From assembly GCA_964016885.1 (NCBI GenBank), contig OZ024758.1, positions 18,476,001-18,540,000 on the forward strand: a stretch of 64,000 bases of DNA. The letters are read 5' to 3'. Below the pieces are notes generated by a model, which was given only the letters and a program-made list of their open reading frames with translations, ran no database searches and was not told the DNA's origin. This document shows positions 59,333 to 64,000 of this stretch, piece by piece. Position 1 is the first letter of the stretch. Each line of letters opens with the position of its first letter. Position numbers and translations under genes: made by a program. The DNA comes from Eledone cirrhosa. Taxonomy: Eukaryota.

Positions 59333-60485
59333 TCTGTGTGTGTGAGCGTGTCTGTGTGTTAGCGTGTCTGTGTCGTGAGCGTGTCTGTGTGTAAGTGTCT
59401 CTGAGTGTTAGCGTGTATGTGTGTAAGCGTGTCTGTGTGTGTGCGTGTCTGTGTGTTAGCGTGTATGTGTGTGAGCTTGTCTGTGTGTGAGCGTGTCGGT
59501 GTGTGAGCGTGTATGTGTGTAAGTGTCTCTGAGTGTTAGCGTGTATGTGTGAGCGCGTGTCCGTGTGTGAGAGTGTCTGTGTGTGAGCGTGTCTGTGTGT
59601 GAGCGTGTCTGAGTGTTAGCGTGTATGTGTGTAAGCGTGTCTGAGTGTTAGCGTGTCTGTGTGTGAGCGTGTCTGTGCGTGAGCGTGTCTGTGTTTGACC
59701 GTGCCTGTGTGTGAGCGTGTCTGTGTGTGAGTGTGTCTGTGTGAGAGTGTGTCTGTGTGTAAGCGTGTCTGTGTGTGAGCGTGTCTGTGCGTGTGCGTGT
59801 CTGTGTGTGAGCGTGTCTGTGTGTGAGCGTGTCTGAGTGTTAGCGTGTATGTGTGTAAGCGTGTCTGAGTGTTAGCGTGTATGTGTGAGAGCGTGTCTGT
59901 GTGTGAGCGTGTCTGTGCGTGAGCGTGTCTGTGTGTGAGCGTGTCTGTGTTTGACCGTGCCTGTGTGTGAGCGTGTCTGTGTGAGAGTGTGTCTGTGTGA
60001 GAGCGTTTCTGTTTGTTAGCGTCCCTGTGTGACCGTGTCTGTCTGTGAGCGTGTCTGTGTGTGAGCGTGTCCGTGTGTGAGCGTGTCTGTGTGTACGCGT
60101 GTCTGTGTGTGAGCGTGTCTGTGTGTGATCGTGTCTGTGTGAGAGTGTATCTATGTGTGAGCGTGTCTGTGTGTGAGCGTGTCTGTGTAAGAGCGTGTCT
60201 GTGTGTGAGCGTGTACGTGCGTGACCGTGTCTGTGTGTGAGCGTGTCTGTGTGTGAGCGTGTCTGTGTGTGAGCGTGTCCCTGTGAGAGTGTATCTATGT
60301 GTGAGCGTGTCTGTGTGTGAGTGGGTCTATGTGTGAGCGAGCCTATGTGTGAGCGCGCTTGCGTGTGAGCGTGTCTGTGTAAGCGCGTCTGTGTTTGAGC
60401 GTGCCTGTGTAAGCGTGTCTGTGTTTGAGCGTGTATGTGTGTAGGCATGGCTGCGTGTAAGCGTGTGATTATGTCTGTGTGTAAG
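59333..60485. repeat. 16-bp minisatellite (gtgtgtgagcgtgtct)n
   Basis: Visible directly; about 70 degenerate units. Confidence 0.92.
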
Positions 60486-60577
60486 AATGTCCTTTTTTTT
60501 TCTCTGAATTTGTATGTAGATGTGTAGGTGTGGTTTCCTGTGTGTCTGAAGCATGTCAGCTTGTGCCTTTTTTTATT

Positions 60578-61775
60578 GTATCTTTACATATATGTAGGTG
60601 TGTGTGTACATGTGTGTATGTATGCATGTAAGCTTTTTTTTTTGTTTTGTATCTGTATGTATACATGTAGGTGTGTGTAGCTGAGTATAAGTTTATCTGC
60701 GTGTATATGTTTGTTTGTGTGTCATAAGCTGTTATGTACACTAATATCTTTACATATATATGTACGTGTGTGTACCTGTGTGTATGTATGCATGTAAGCA
60801 TTTTTTGTTTGTTTTATATCTGTATGTATACATGTAGGTGTGTGTAGCTGAGTATAAGTTTATCTGCGTGTATATCTTTGTTTGTGTGTCATAAGCTGTT
60901 ATGTACACTAATATCTTTACATATATATGTAGGTGTGTGTACATGTGTGTATGTATGCATGTAAGCTTTTTTTTTGTTTTATATCTGTATGTATACATGT
61001 AGGTGTGTGTAGCTGAGTATAAGTTTGTCTGCGTGTATATGTGTTTGTTTGTGTGTCATAAGCTGTTATGTACACTAATATATTTATCTTTACATATATA
61101 TGTAGGTGTGTGTACATGTGTGTATGTATGCATGTAAGCTTTTTTTTTGTTTTATATCTGTATGTATACATGTAGGTGTGTGTAGCTGAGTATAAGTTTA
61201 TCTGCGTGTATATGTTTGTTTGTGTGTCATAAGCTGTTATGTACACTAATATATTTATCTTTACATATATATGTAGGTGTGTGTACCTGTGTGTATGTAT
61301 GCATGTAAGCTTTTTTTGTTTGTTTTATATCTGTATGTATACATGTAGGTGTGTGTAGCTGAGTATAAGTTTATCTGCGTGTATATGTTTGTTTGTGTGT
61401 CATATGCTGTTATGTACACTAATATATTTATCTTTACATATATATGTAGGTGTGTGTACCTGTGTGTATGTATGCATGTACGCATTTTTTGTTTGTTTTA
61501 TATCTGTATGTATACATGTAGGTGTGTGTAGCTGAGTATAAGTTTATCTGCGTGTATATGTTTGTTTGTGTGTCATAAGCTGTTATGTACACTAATATCT
61601 TTACATATATATGTAGGTGTGTGTACATGTGTGTATGTATGCATGTAAGCATTTTTTGTTTGTTTTATATCTGTATGTATACTTGTAGGTGTGTGTTGCT
61701 GAGTATAAGTTTGTCTGCGTGTATATGTGTTTGTTTGTGTGTCATATGCTGTTATGTACACTAATATATTTATCG
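60578..61775. repeat. ~170-bp tandem satellite, ~7 copies
   Basis: tttacatatatatgtaggtg recurs at ~60583, 60749, 60916, 61089, 61260, 61433 and 61600. Confidence 0.92.
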
Positions 61776-62584
61776 CTCATTTTCAGTCCTTTTACCTGTA
61801 CGGCTGTGTATGTTGGTGTGGCTTAAATTGTTTTCATTGTTGGTGGTGTGTTATTATAGTTGATGGTGTTGTTTGTTAATGTTGTAGTTTTTATGGTATT
61901 TTTTCCAAATTAGACAGTTATTTGGTGACGCTACAATAGTGAAGCCGGTGCTGGTGTGTTAGTTGGCAGGCAGGGAAGGCTGGCTGGTCCGTCCGTTTCA
62001 CAGACTACCTTCACTTGCACAACAACAGTTAATTTACCTCTCTCACAGCAGTTACTGCTACTCAATATAAAGAAGACGTGAGTTACAGACTTCTGAGAGA
62101 GATTCTAATCTCTTACTGTCACTACCACCGTAACTACTACAAAAGCATTCGAACACTAACTAACATACCGTGGCTACTGCAACTACTACTATTGGAACCG
62201 CTGTATTATAGCACAGCATCATGTACACGCTCTTTTTTTCTTCTACTTCTGGGGGAAAAATTTATGAAGAATTTCGTACAGGACTTGTAAAAGTAGTCGC
62301 CTTAATCTTTGTGATAACACCAGCCCTGGGATATACATTTGTGTTACATCTATCTATATAACTTTCTGTGTTTCTTTCTCTTTATTTGTTTATCACTCTC
62401 TTTCTCTCTCTCTCTCATTCTTTATCTCTCTCATTCTCTCTTTCTCTCTCTCAATCAATCTCAATTAATCTATATATCTATCACTATCTACGCTGTGTGT
62501 ATTGTGTGTCCCTCTATACATACAGACACATATATACATACGTAAACACAAACACATTCACACACACACACACACACATATATA

Positions 62585-62634
<50 letters not shown>

Positions 62635-62635
62635 G

Positions 62636-62749
<114 letters not shown>

Positions 62750-63063
62750 CATAAGAATATACATATAAACATAAGTATATATATATATACATATATATGT
62801 GTGTGTGTGTATATACAATTATACATACATATGACAATTACACAAGCACTGTGCCACTGGTCTAATCAGTAGCTCAGTGGTCAATATATATTGACTGTAT
62901 TTTTATTTTCTTTGGTTTGCTTTCTTTCGAAAAACAAACAAGCATTCACACGCATTGACATAATTACAAGAACACATAGGAAAACTAGTTACACATAGAT
63001 AAACTTCTGCAGTGATACACATACACACTGACACGTACACAGAGAAATAAATAAATGAATAAA

Positions 63064-63098
<35 letters not shown>

Positions 63099-63448
63099 GA
63101 CGGAGATGCATACATAGTTAAAAATATATATATAATTATTCCACAAAGTTAACTAAAAAATAATATATTTAGCCACGACTCGACATCAAGTAATCAACAT
63201 TGCCAAAGTAATGCAAGGAGAATTATCACCTTGTTTATATCATTTATACAACCACACATTTAATACTTTATCAGGGGCGTTGTTTTTCAGTAGAGCTAAT
63301 TAACACATATCTTATTGTGCACTGAAATTTGGATAAATAGTTTGTACAGATATGTGCACATTTATAAGCCTACATATATAATGACAAATATATCTTGTAA
63401 ATACATATAAACGCACATACTTGAACATACACATACAACCATTCCCAC

Positions 63449-63505
<57 letters not shown>

Positions 63506-63636
63506 CACATGCGCAAGTATATATGCAACACATGACACATAAAACAAACATATATATATATATAGATATCTAAAAAAAAAAAAATTTGTACTAATAAAAA
63601 AAAAATTAATGTGTGCTTATTGACAATCGTAAATAC

Positions 63637-63759
<123 letters not shown>

Positions 63760-64000
63760 GTCAATTTATTTTCGCCTCAATACAAAATTGTGTGAAATTT
63801 TCTACGAAAATTTTATGAAATTATATTAAAAATAAATTATAAATGAACAATTTCAAATAAAGAGATTAAAAAAATTAACATTTTCATTGTGGATATTCTA
63901 CCTGGCCGAAGTGATATCACAGTGAAGTTACCAGTCACAGGTAAAGTTTATATCTTATATCATATAACGTATTATCTCATTCACTTAATAAATATGTATC

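Overview
This is AT-rich eukaryotic repetitive DNA, and I can support no host gene in it. The SINE families and the (TA)n load suggest an octopus or other cephalopod genome (inference). Most ORFs in the track are microsatellite artefacts. The real content is: (i) a 5'-truncated Penelope-like element (PLE) with RT and GIY-YIG domains at 45.4-47.0 kb, plus a second PLE 3' end at 26.65-27.3 kb; (ii) at least seven families of short non-coding elements inserted in (TA)n tracts, mostly as asymmetric inverted pairs, most carrying type I hammerhead ribozyme (HHR) motifs found by manual folding; (iii) a 4.1-copy tandem array of a 591-bp non-coding unit at 27448-29875, each unit with a minus-strand HHR whose core has the compensatory U3-A8 pair, which looks like a retrozyme or circular-RNA-derived insertion; (iv) tRNA-derived SINEs, RTE-like and CRE-like LINE fragments, a foldback element and satellites. 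The best candidate for an undescribed system is this (TA)n-targeting, ribozyme-bearing set of PLE-dependent elements. It includes two unrelated families with U3-A8 cores and a YGAGTRCT motif shared near the 3' ends of four families. All RNA structures are hand predictions, and element boundaries inside TA tracts are approximate.
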